The notes under the pieces: model-generated
What the model saw: the letters and a program-made list of their open reading frames with translations, nothing else
What the model was told of the DNA's origin: nothing
Databases searched by the model: none
Made by a program: the position numbers and the translations under genes
In this document: positions 1 through 8,632 of the stretch, piece after piece
Numbering within the stretch: the first letter of the stretch is position 1
Layout of the letters: each line of letters opens with the position of its first letter
NCBI RefSeq assembly: GCF_008065095.1
Contig: NZ_CP042911.1
Location: 6,750,001 to 6,782,000 of the forward strand
Length of the DNA stretch: 32,000 nucleotides
Direction: 5' to 3'
From: Gemmata obscuriglobus
Lineage (GTDB): Bacteria > Planctomycetota > Planctomycetia > Gemmatales > Gemmataceae

Positions 1-584
1 GCAACTTGACTGAGTCCGCGGAGAACCGACACCAACTGATCCAGCGCCCGCTGTTGGGGCGAACTGATGAACGGTGAACGGCGCTCGTAGGTCGTCACAA
101 ACGCCGGGACCGACGGCGCGGAGCGGGTGCCGAACGCGGCCAGCGCGTCGGCCAGCTTGCGCTCCGGCGTTCCACACACCGCCAGCAGTTCGCACACGAA
201 CTCAACCGCCTCGGCTGCGGAAGTCGTGCCCTCGGCACGCCAAGGTAACACTACTTCGTTAAACTCTGCAAAATCCTCGTAGCGCATACGAGCTAAGTGC
301 GCGGCCGCGCGGACGCTCTTCACCACCTCACCCCAATCGTGCGGTCCGGTTACCCCATCTGCCCAGCGATCGAGGAGGTCCATTGCGGCTTGCACTTGGT
401 CGTCGCGAAGAAGTGCGGGCGTTGATGGAGAGAACGACATGGGCGCAGCCCAGAACGGCTCGAACCGGTCGAGCCACGCGGTCGTGATGAGTGCGATCTG
501 CCGCGCGGACATGCGGGTGTACAGCGGCGCATTCTCGAACCAGTGGAAACCGGCCCGCGTCAGCCACCTCTCTTCTTCGGGCAT
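1..584 (-). CDS. hypothetical protein, partial (3' end lies beyond the window start)
   Basis: Absent from the ORF track because no stop lies inside the window. Reverse-complement reading from ATG (584-582) gives MPEEERWLTRAGFHWFENAPLYTRMSARQIALITTAWLDRFEPFWAAPMSF... and stays open to position 1 (frame hand-checked at 1-20 and 240-300). An AAGGGAAGG Shine-Dalgarno-like run lies 7-9 nt upstream. Composition is protein-like, unlike the Arg/Pro-rich overlapping track ORFs 328..729 and 491..991. Confidence 0.55.
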   Translation of the reverse strand, partial: MPEEERWLTRAGFHWFENAPLYTRMSARQIALITTAWLDRFEPFWAAPMSFSPSTPALLRDDQVQAAMDLLDRWADGVTGPHDWGEVVKSVRAAAHLARMRYEDFAEFNEVVLPWRAEGTTSAAEAVEFVCELLAVCGTPERKLADALAAFGTRSAPSVPAFVTTYERRSPFISSPQQRALDQLVSVLRGLSQV

Positions 585-632
585 TGCAGCACCTTCCCTT
601 GCGTCCTCGCCACAGAACTGAGCCGCTACGCG

Positions 633-1313
633 CTACCCCTTCCCGAGCACCAGATCGACCACCCAGCACCCGCGCACGTGAACCGGTTGCGGGTCGAGGC
701 AGTGGGTCAGGATGTCGGCGTTGTCGCACCCGGCGTCCTGAAGTGCGTCGGCCAGGATCGGCATCGCGGAGAAGTCGCGGGTGTCATACATCTCGCGTGC
801 GAGGGCGACCGCGGTTGAGGTACGCCACTCAGGCGCGAACTCGGCCGGCCGAAACGGGTTGCCAAAAATCTCGCGGAGCAAATCAACCTGAAAGAGCAAC
901 TCGCCTTGGCCGGTGTCATAATCGTCGTGACCGCACGGAGCCGACATGCACGAATCGAGACAATACTCGGGATGGATCGGGAATGACGTGAGCTGCTCAA
1001 CCGCGAACGTGAATTCATACTCTTCCCGGTCAATTTCGGCTCTACAGCCGTGCGAATCTTGCAATCGTTTTCTCAGCAGGCTCAATCGATCAAGCAGTAC
1101 CGGGTCCCACTCCTCGGCGTTCAACTCTTCGGCAATCTGCTCGCACCCGTCGATCACCTCCGCGAGCGTTACGTCCGAAATCTGCTCCACGACCCGACGA
1201 CAGCACACCACACCGAGCAGGCGAAACTTCCGATCGGAGTGTGTGGCGGCTTTGTGAAGGTAACGGAGTAACCTCAGCGGTCGCCGCCAGGCCAACCATT
1301 CTTCTTCGGTCAT
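633..1313 (-). CDS. conserved hypothetical protein (Cys-rich CCRR N-terminal region; C-terminal [11 protein letters not shown]...[14 protein letters not shown] module)
   Basis: 226-aa track ORF. The N-terminal [17 protein letters not shown]...[15 protein letters not shown] and the C-terminal [12 protein letters not shown]...[23 protein letters not shown]...[15 protein letters not shown] match, from memory, a large paralogous family of uncharacterised proteins in Planctomycetota and Myxococcota. No function is known. Confidence 0.75.
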   Translation of the reverse strand: MTEEEWLAWRRPLRLLRYLHKAATHSDRKFRLLGVVCCRRVVEQISDVTLAEVIDGCEQIAEELNAEEWDPVLLDRLSLLRKRLQDSHGCRAEIDREEYEFTFAVEQLTSFPIHPEYCLDSCMSAPCGHDDYDTGQGELLFQVDLLREIFGNPFRPAEFAPEWRTSTAVALAREMYDTRDFSAMPILADALQDAGCDNADILTHCLDPQPVHVRGCWVVDLVLGKG

Positions 1314-1323
1314 CGCGGGTTCT

Positions 1324-1372
1324 CAAAAGCAGCGCACCCCCGAGTCACGGTCGAACCGCGTCTCGGGGGTGC
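1324..1372 (-). terminator. putative intrinsic terminator downstream of rho
   Basis: An 11-bp GC-rich stem (gcacccccgag 1334-1344 / ctcgggggtgc 1362-1372) with a 17-nt loop lies 28 nt after the rho stop. On the minus strand it is followed by gcugcuuuug. The U tract is short. Confidence 0.45.
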
Positions 1373-1399
1373 GTTGAAGCGACTCGCTCACCTCGGCCA

Positions 1400-2872
<1,473 letters not shown>

Positions 2873-3413
2873 AGCTCGATCCTCGGTCGGAAGGGATGAA
2901 CAGGACTCGGGGCGGTTCTCCGCCGCCGGTCGGACGTGGCAATAGCGCCACCAAAGGACCGCACGGGACCAATTCCCGGCGAGCCCGAATTCAGGCGAAA
3001 CTCAAGTCAGAGGGTACGCACAGACTTCCCACACGGGGCGAAACGCTTCACAACTTGTCAGCAACTCCCTCGCCGTTCGGCGCCGCACTCCGGGAAAGGT
3101 CACGGAACTCGGTGAGTGCGGTTCAAGCCCAGCGATTCGCCTCTTTCGGTCACTTGCCTCTTCGACCACGCACCTTTTTGGCAGTACGCCTCTTTGGCTA
3201 AATGGACGAGTGCCAGGCGTTTTACTCACAGTGCCAAAATATGGGTGGGGAAGTCAAGATGCGTTGTGAGCCGCTCATCGCGGCCCGACACGCTGGAAAG
3301 TGCGGGCTTCCAACTTACCGGCAGTCTACGTCATCCCTGAATCGCGTCAATACGATTCTAGACTCAGTACCGCAAAAAATCCAGTCGCATTAAGGCAGGA
3401 TGTGAGGAGATGC

Positions 3414-3442
3414 GGGCCGGCGCGTTTGTAGCGCGCCGGCCC
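3414..3442 (-). terminator. GC-rich hairpin downstream of lipoprotein gene 3599..4030 (possible terminator)
   Basis: gggccggcgcg (3414-3424) pairs with cgcgccggccc (3432-3442), giving an 11-bp stem and a 7-nt loop. There is no U tract on either strand, and it lies about 157 nt from the stop, so the call is weak. Confidence 0.3.
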
Positions 3443-3598
3443 GGTACGGCTCCGAAACGAATCACCCGCAGCCGCAACCGGCTGTATGGGTCTCGCGGGT
3501 CGTACCGAATCCGATTGATGAGTACCCCCTCACCGGGCATCGGCTACCATCGGCCGAGTCCGCTCCCAATCACAAGCACTCTTCAACCGGATTCGGTA

Positions 3599-4030
3599 TC
3601 AGTCCAGTTTGATGTCCAGGTTCTGAACGGCTTCCGTCACCTCCACCCGGAGCGGTGATTTGTCCACCGCTCCGTACTTCTGCTGAATCGCAACGAGATC
3701 CGCCGGCTTCTTTCCGCGCCCCTTCGCGGCATCAAGTTCCTCCTTCGGGCTGGCGGGGCGCCACGCCACCCAGACCTTGTGAGTACCAACGACGGCCCCC
3801 TTGGTGCTCGCATCGTACTCCAGCGTGAACCGCCCGCTCTCGTCCGACACGCCCCAGCTCGGGCGCCCGGTCGCCGGTTCAAAGTTGACCGTCATGTGCG
3901 GCACGGGTTGCCCGTTCCGGGTAACGGTTCCCGATACGGGGACGATTTTCGGCCCGTCGCTACAGCCGCCGGCACCGACGAGCGCAAGGAACAGAAGGGC
4001 GGTCGCCGCCGCCCGGAGAAAGGTGGCCAT
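3599..4030 (-). CDS. small lipoprotein, carboxypeptidase-regulatory-like beta-sandwich type, partner of the DUF1559 gene
   Basis: I trimmed track ORF 3599..4579 to the internal ATG at 4030, giving MATFLRAAATALLFLALVGAGGCSD... with a signal peptide and lipobox Cys (143 aa). GGAG lies upstream. It is homologous by eye to 5257..5706 (V.G.V...G.PVPH..V.F.P, G.F.L, GT.KVW). The 5' part of the long ORF overlaps the DUF1559 gene out of frame and is Arg/Pro-rich. Confidence 0.8.
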   Translation of the reverse strand: MATFLRAAATALLFLALVGAGGCSDGPKIVPVSGTVTRNGQPVPHMTVNFEPATGRPSWGVSDESGRFTLEYDASTKGAVVGTHKVWVAWRPASPKEELDAAKGRGKKPADLVAIQQKYGAVDKSPLRVEVTEAVQNLDIKLD

Positions 4031-4071
4031 GGGTCCGCTCCGGTTATGAGGGTAAGGCACTCGGCGCCGAA

Positions 4072-5016
4072 TCAGTAGTTCGGGAGGACCTCGCCACCCG
4101 CCCGGGTGAACATCCACTGGTAGGCGTTGAAATCGATGTTGTTGTTCACGAGCGCAACCCGCCCGTCCACCCACGCGGCCAGCACCCCGTTCGTGTGGCT
4201 GCCGACGGCCGCCCGGTTGTTGTAAACGGTCGCGTTCGGCGGGAACGGGGTGCCGCCGCCGTACTCGCGGGCCGTCACCATCCCCTGCGTCGGGTGGTGG
4301 ACCCAGGCGAAGTGGTTGGCGCCCTGGTTGGCGTCCAGCCAGCTCTGGTTCGCCCACGCCGCCTTCTCCAAGAACAGGAACGTGTTGCTGGTCCCGTCGG
4401 TCACCTCCGTCATCCGCACCTTGCTGTTCACCCACCCGATCCCGTTCTGCTGGGTCATCCGCTCGGCGCAGCAGTTGTCGCTGCCGCTGCTGGCGTTCAT
4501 CGCGTAGTCCTTCATCTCGTTCGGGTTGCCCGCCGGCCGGGCCGACGGGCACCGGAACACCTTGGGCGCGTTGGTACACGCGAACTGGTTGGCGGTGTTA
4601 CCCGCCGGGCCGCGGTTCGCGCCGTTCTCCCAGATCGCCGACGCGTAGGCCGGAACGTTCAGGTTGAACCGGTTGTACAGGTTGTCGGCCTCGACGTACG
4701 GCAGCACCGGCACGGCCCAACTGAAGTGGCCCCAGGGCACCGCCGCGCCGAGGGACGGGTCCGCCCAGCCGGACGGGAAGTTGTAGTCGCCGGTCATCGG
4801 CCCGAAGCTGCCCGGCGGCAAACCGCCGAGCGCGTCGTGGTGGCTGTGCGCGGCCAGGGCGAGTTGCTTCAGGTTGTTCGAGCACGACATCCGCGCGGCG
4901 GCCTCGCGCACCTTCTGGACGGCGGGCAGCAGGAGCCCGATCAGGATCGCGATGATCGCGATCACCACCAACAACTCGATCAGCGTGAACCCGCGCCGCT
5001 GGCGAAATGAAAACAT
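4072..5016 (-). CDS. DUF1559 domain protein with prepilin-type N-terminal cleavage/methylation domain
   Basis: The start is trimmed to the ATG at 5016, giving [52 protein letters not shown]..., a classic type IV pilin-like leader plus DUF1559 body that ends ...GGEVLPNY. Confidence 0.9.
   Translation of the reverse strand: MFSFRQRRGFTLIELLVVIAIIAILIGLLLPAVQKVREAAARMSCSNNLKQLALAAHSHHDALGGLPPGSFGPMTGDYNFPSGWADPSLGAAVPWGHFSWAVPVLPYVEADNLYNRFNLNVPAYASAIWENGANRGPAGNTANQFACTNAPKVFRCPSARPAGNPNEMKDYAMNASSGSDNCCAERMTQQNGIGWVNSKVRMTEVTDGTSNTFLFLEKAAWANQSWLDANQGANHFAWVHHPTQGMVTAREYGGGTPFPPNATVYNNRAAVGSHTNGVLAAWVDGRVALVNNNIDFNAYQWMFTRAGGEVLPNY
4910..4992 (-). repeat. arm 1 of a perfect 83-bp inverted repeat (inside the 5' end of DUF1559 gene 4072..5016)
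   Basis: The reverse complement of 4910-4992 is identical, base for base, to 5774-5856 (hand-aligned in 10-nt blocks). Confidence 0.9.
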
Positions 5017-5256
5017 GGCGACCCTCGTGGAGAAACGAGTCGGAAATGCGGAACGATTATCCGAGCCGCCCGAAATCCTAACAGAACTGTCACCAGAACG
5101 CCACAACTTTTTCGGTGTCGCGCGAAACGGGCAGAGCAAAGAACCGCAGCGAACTGTATATCACAATGGTATTTTCTGTAATGCATTTTCAACGCAGCTT
5201 CATGCGATCTTCGTGTAGGATGTGTACCGTAACACCACATCTTCGCGAGGTGCGTC

Positions 5257-5706
5257 ATGCGCTGGGCAGTCTCGTTATTTCTTGTAGCCGCGGCCGTTGT
5301 TGCGGTGCCCGGGTGCGGGAAGCCGCCGATGGTGACGGTCAAAGGTGTCGTCAAGGCGGGCGGGAAGCCGGTCCCGCACTGCAAGGTGGGTCTGTTCCCG
5401 GACGTCGAAGGGTTCGACCCGAGCAAGCACGGGTACGGGTTCGGGATGACGAACGACAAGGGCGAGTTCGAGATCCAGCACCCGAACGGGACCAAGGGCA
5501 TCTTCCCCGGCACCTACAAGGTCACGTTCGTCGCGTGGGTCGACAGCAAGGGTAAAGCGATCCCGCCGGAGACGAAGCCGAGCGAGGTGCCGGGCGGTGT
5601 CAAGAACCTGTTGCCCTCGAAGTACGAGGCGCTGAGCGACACGCCCGAACGGCTCACGGTTTCGAAGGAAGGCGCCGAGGCCAACTTCGACCTGTCCACC
5701 CAGTGA
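5257..5706 (+). CDS. small lipoprotein, carboxypeptidase-regulatory-like beta-sandwich type, partner of the DUF1559 gene
   Basis: 149-aa ORF MRWAVSLFLVAAAVVAVPGCGKPP... with a signal peptide and lipobox. GAGG lies 6 nt upstream. It is a paralogue of 3599..4030. Confidence 0.85.
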   Translation: MRWAVSLFLVAAAVVAVPGCGKPPMVTVKGVVKAGGKPVPHCKVGLFPDVEGFDPSKHGYGFGMTNDKGEFEIQHPNGTKGIFPGTYKVTFVAWVDSKGKAIPPETKPSEVPGGVKNLLPSKYEALSDTPERLTVSKEGAEANFDLSTQ

Positions 5707-5752
5707 CCGCCCGCATCGCCCGTTTCATCCTCATTTTCCTAAGGAGTTACCG

Positions 5753-6838
5753 ATGCCCTCGCGCCGCCGGTCCGGGTTCACGCTGATCGAGTTGTTGGTG
5801 GTGATCGCGATCATCGCGATCCTGATCGGGCTCCTGCTGCCCGCCGTCCAGAAGGTCCGCGAGGCCGCCGCCCGCATGAGCTGCCAGAACAACCTCAAGC
5901 AGCTCGGCCTCGCCTGCCACTCGTTCCACGACGCCCAGCAGGGGTGGCCGCTGGGCATCGAGTTCAACGTCGGCAGCGCGTGGACCGCATTCATCCTGCC
6001 GTACATGGAGCAGGACAACGTTTACAAGGCCCTGACGTTCCAGGAGGACAGCCTCGCGAACCGGCAGTGGGCGCAAGGGCTGCCCGGGGTCCCCGGTGAC
6101 ATCACCAGTTCGAACCCGGACCTCCGGAACATCGGCGCGTGCGAGATGAAGTTCAAGATGTTCACCTGCCCGTCGTCGGGCCTGCCCGACAACATCCCGG
6201 ACATCTCGGGCGACAACTGGATCGTCCAGCGCCGCGCGCCGGCCAACTACTCCGGGTGCGTGTCCGGGGTGATCACCGACGACCGCCGCCGCATCACCGC
6301 CAACACCCCGTGGGGCTCGACCAACAGCGGCACCGAGGACATCCACACCCTCGACGGGATCTTCATCGCCAAACAGGTCCACCAGCGGATCACGCGGGAC
6401 GGCCAGAGCTACGGCGGGATGACCAGCGGGGTGACCATGACCGGGATCACCGACGGCACCTCGAACACGATCGCCATCGGCGAGGTGCTGACCGACCGGC
6501 TCGCGATCCCGGACATGGGCCTGACCCGCGAGAACAACGCCAGCGGCCAGGGCCGTAAGGACCACTGGGCGATCGGCGGCGACGACGCGGACACCAGCAA
6601 CCAGGGCGACATGTCGGAGTTCCTGTTCTCGACCGCCGTGAAGATCAACACCCCCCGCGTTGCCGGCGGGAGCGCCGGGTTCGCCGCCTACGAGCTGAGC
6701 GCCGGGAGCGGCCACAGCGGCGGCGCGAACTTCCTGTTCGCCGACGGGAGCGTCAAGTTCCTTCGCGACAGCCTGGACGCCGGCATCTTCTCCGCGCTCG
6801 GCACCCGCACCGGCGGCGAAGTGATCGGCAACTACTAA
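5753..6838 (+). CDS. DUF1559 domain protein with prepilin-type N-terminal cleavage/methylation domain
   Basis: 361-aa [54 protein letters not shown]... that ends GGEVIGNY. AAGGAG lies at 5741-5746. Confidence 0.92.
   Translation: MPSRRRSGFTLIELLVVIAIIAILIGLLLPAVQKVREAAARMSCQNNLKQLGLACHSFHDAQQGWPLGIEFNVGSAWTAFILPYMEQDNVYKALTFQEDSLANRQWAQGLPGVPGDITSSNPDLRNIGACEMKFKMFTCPSSGLPDNIPDISGDNWIVQRRAPANYSGCVSGVITDDRRRITANTPWGSTNSGTEDIHTLDGIFIAKQVHQRITRDGQSYGGMTSGVTMTGITDGTSNTIAIGEVLTDRLAIPDMGLTRENNASGQGRKDHWAIGGDDADTSNQGDMSEFLFSTAVKINTPRVAGGSAGFAAYELSAGSGHSGGANFLFADGSVKFLRDSLDAGIFSALGTRTGGEVIGNY
5774..5856 (+). repeat. arm 2 of a perfect 83-bp inverted repeat (inside the 5' end of DUF1559 gene 5753..6838)
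   Basis: Identical to the reverse complement of 4910-4992. It encodes [28 protein letters not shown]. Confidence 0.9.
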
Positions 6839-6860
6839 CGCGGCCCCACACGCCACGAGC

Positions 6861-6905
6861 GCGGCCGGCCCGGGGATGAGTTCCCCGGGCCGGCCGCATT
6901 TCGTT
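6861..6905 (+). terminator. intrinsic terminator after DUF1559 gene 5753..6838
   Basis: A 16-bp perfect stem (gcggccggcccgggga 6861-6876 / tccccgggccggccgc 6882-6897) with a 5-nt loop is followed by atttcgtt. Confidence 0.6.
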
Positions 6906-7005
6906 AATCGCGTGTGATTCGCAAAAATCGAGCGTGTAAACCTGCGAACCAGTGCGTACAGTGAGGCCGGCCCCCCCCCCGCGCACCCGAGCGACACGAT
7001 TCCCG

Positions 7006-7245
7006 ATGACACTCCTCGCCGAAAGCTGGAGCCCCGAAACCTTCGGGCTGTCCCTGTTAGCCGCAGCCGCGTTCGGGTTGCTCGGGATCGCGCTGCTGGC
7101 ACTCGGGTTCAAGGTGTTCGAGTGGATCACACCGAAGCTGAACGTCGAGGAAGAACTGGCGAAGGGGAACGTCGCGGTGGGCGTGGTTCTGGCCGCCGTG
7201 GTGCTCGGGATCAGCCTGATCGTGGTCCGCGCGATCGGCGGCTAA
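7006..7245 (+). CDS. DUF350 domain membrane protein
   Basis: The start is trimmed to the ATG at 7006 (MTLLAESWSPETFGLSLLAAAAFGLLGIALLALGFKVFEWITPKLNVEEELAKGNVAVGVVLAAVVLGISLIV). It has two TM helices and the EE..KGNVAV signature typical of DUF350 (E. coli YjfL family). The track start at 6952 would translate the C10 tract. Confidence 0.8.
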   Translation: MTLLAESWSPETFGLSLLAAAAFGLLGIALLALGFKVFEWITPKLNVEEELAKGNVAVGVVLAAVVLGISLIVVRAIGG

Positions 7246-7248
7246 CCC

Positions 7249-7845
7249 ATGAAAATGTCACGCACAATCACCCTGAAGCTGCTCACCGGGCTGACGCTCA
7301 CCGGGTGCCTCACCGCCTCCGGATGCGGCGGGGCTCAGGACGACACGCACGAGCAGGCGGCGGCGGACGCCAACGAACCGGTCGATGAAACTTGGTACGA
7401 CGAAAGCGGTAACGCGGTCCAGCCGCAGTGGAAAGTGGACGAGCAGGGTAACCGGGTACTCGATGCCGAAGGGCGGCCCGTCCCCGAACCCGGCATCCCG
7501 CGCGACCGCCACGGCCACCTGTGGGTGTACCACCACGGCGTGTGGGTGCCGCCGATCGTCGTGTTCGGCCCGGCGTACCGAACCGGACCCGTGTATCACG
7601 GCGGAACTGTGTACCACAGCGCCCCGGCTCGTTCGAGTTCCTGGGTGAGCGGCGGTTCCGGGTACCGCACGCCCAGTACAACGACACCGTATCGCGCGCC
7701 GAGTGGCACCGGATCGCACCCGGTTCACACCGCGCCGTCGGCACCGAGTTCCGTCGCCGGCGCGAAGCCGCCCTCGGGTTCCTCGATCACGCGCGGCGGT
7801 TTCGGCAGCACCGGGTCCGCGTCGGCGTCTTCGGCGAGCAGTTGA
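7249..7845 (+). CDS. lipoprotein, DUF1190-like (tentative), with a Gly/Ser/Pro/Tyr-rich C-terminal half
   Basis: 198-aa ORF that starts 3 nt after the DUF350 stop. It has a signal peptide with LTGC/ASGC lipobox candidates. The C-terminal ...SSITRGGFGSTGSA resembles the TRGGFG end of YjfM/DUF1190 as I recall it, and DUF350-DUF1190 adjacency is known from E. coli yjfL-yjfM. Confidence 0.65.
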   Translation: MKMSRTITLKLLTGLTLTGCLTASGCGGAQDDTHEQAAADANEPVDETWYDESGNAVQPQWKVDEQGNRVLDAEGRPVPEPGIPRDRHGHLWVYHHGVWVPPIVVFGPAYRTGPVYHGGTVYHSAPARSSSWVSGGSGYRTPSTTTPYRAPSGTGSHPVHTAPSAPSSVAGAKPPSGSSITRGGFGSTGSASASSASS

Positions 7846-7869
7846 ACGAACCGGTTGAGGACAGTGCCC

Positions 7870-8217
7870 ATGCCCGATGACGATTATGACGACGACCGCG
7901 ACGACGAAACGCGCCGCCCGGCCCGGCGCCGCCGCGGGCCGCGCAACAACACGGACGTGCCCTGCCCGGAGTGCGGCGCGCGGTCCGTGCGTCCGGGGCC
8001 GTGGCCGTGGTACCTGGGCACGATCGGGGCGATGGTGTGCCGGGCGGTGATCTGCGAAGAGTGCGGGCACGAGTACGACGAGCGGAAGCCGCACGCGCAC
8101 CTCCCGACCCGCAAGCGCAACCTCGCGATCGTCATCAACCTGCTGGGGTTCGTCGGCATCGTTTCGGTGTTCGTCCTGCTCGGCGTGTGGATCTACTTCA
8201 CGATGGGCCGGCGCTAA
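7870..8217 (+). CDS. zinc-ribbon protein with acidic N-terminus and C-terminal transmembrane anchor
   Basis: The ATG at 7870 has GAGGA 8 nt upstream. The product is MPDDDYDDDRDDETRRPARRRRGPRNNTDVPCPECGARS...VICEECGHEY...NLAIVINLLGFVGIVSVFVLLGVWIYF, with two CxxC pairs and one TM helix. Confidence 0.7.
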   Translation: MPDDDYDDDRDDETRRPARRRRGPRNNTDVPCPECGARSVRPGPWPWYLGTIGAMVCRAVICEECGHEYDERKPHAHLPTRKRNLAIVINLLGFVGIVSVFVLLGVWIYFTMGRR

Positions 8218-8234
8218 CCCGTCTGCGTGATCGC

Positions 8235-8549
8235 ATGAAACAACTGACGATTGTGGTCAAGCCCTTCCGCGCGGAGGCCGTGCTCCAGGTCATCGCCGAA
8301 CTGGGCGTGACGGCGTGCGCGGTGCGCGAGGCGAAGGGGTACGGGCGCCAGAAGGGCTACCTCGACCGGTACCGCGGGTCGGAGTACAGCGCCGCGTACT
8401 TACCGAAAGTGGAGATCACCGTCTGGGCCACGGACGAGCAGGCGGCCCAACTGAAAGACCTCGTGCCCAAGGTCGCGCGGACCGGCCGCATCGGGGACGG
8501 CAAGGTCTTCGTCGTGCCACTCGCGTGGCCCGAGTCGCTCGTGTTCTGA
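8235..8549 (+). CDS. P-II family signal-transduction protein (GlnB/GlnK-like)
   Basis: Internal ATG at 8235 of track ORF 7971..8549. The 104-aa product is MKQLTIVVKPFRAEAVLQVIAELGVTACAVREAKGYGRQKGYLDRYRGSEYSAAYLPKVEITVW...TGRIGDGKVFVVPL. The T-loop with Tyr after RGSE and the B-loop TGxIGDGK are canonical. Confidence 0.9.
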   Translation: MKQLTIVVKPFRAEAVLQVIAELGVTACAVREAKGYGRQKGYLDRYRGSEYSAAYLPKVEITVWATDEQAAQLKDLVPKVARTGRIGDGKVFVVPLAWPESLVF

Positions 8550-8632
8550 CCACATTTTCGACTCAACCTCCCCAGCCCGCACAGCCGATACAGACCGAAG
8601 AGACGGAATCCGTCGCCTTTCGGAGTGGGCCG

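Noticed and set aside
3118-3134. tRNA T-loop-like string gcggttcaagcccagcg
   Set aside because: The flanking bases do not form a 5-bp T stem (2 of 5 pairs), and I could build no acceptor or anticodon arms. I found no tRNA in the window.
3199-3245. Two TGGCAC motifs on the rho-sense strand, resembling sigma-54 -24 boxes
   Set aside because: Neither is followed at the correct 5-nt spacing by a TTGC-like -12 element (GTAAA and CATTT instead).
3599-4579. Long N-terminal extensions in track ORFs (3599..4579, 4072..5139, 6952..7245, 7971..8549, 8315..10111, 10507..12024, 12060..12920, 12986..14578, 15479..16327, 17603..19138, 23511..26519)
   Set aside because: In every case an internal start gives a sensible signal peptide or conserved N-terminus, usually with a Shine-Dalgarno-like motif. 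The extension overlaps the neighbouring gene or intergenic repeats and is compositionally non-protein-like. The features were trimmed accordingly.
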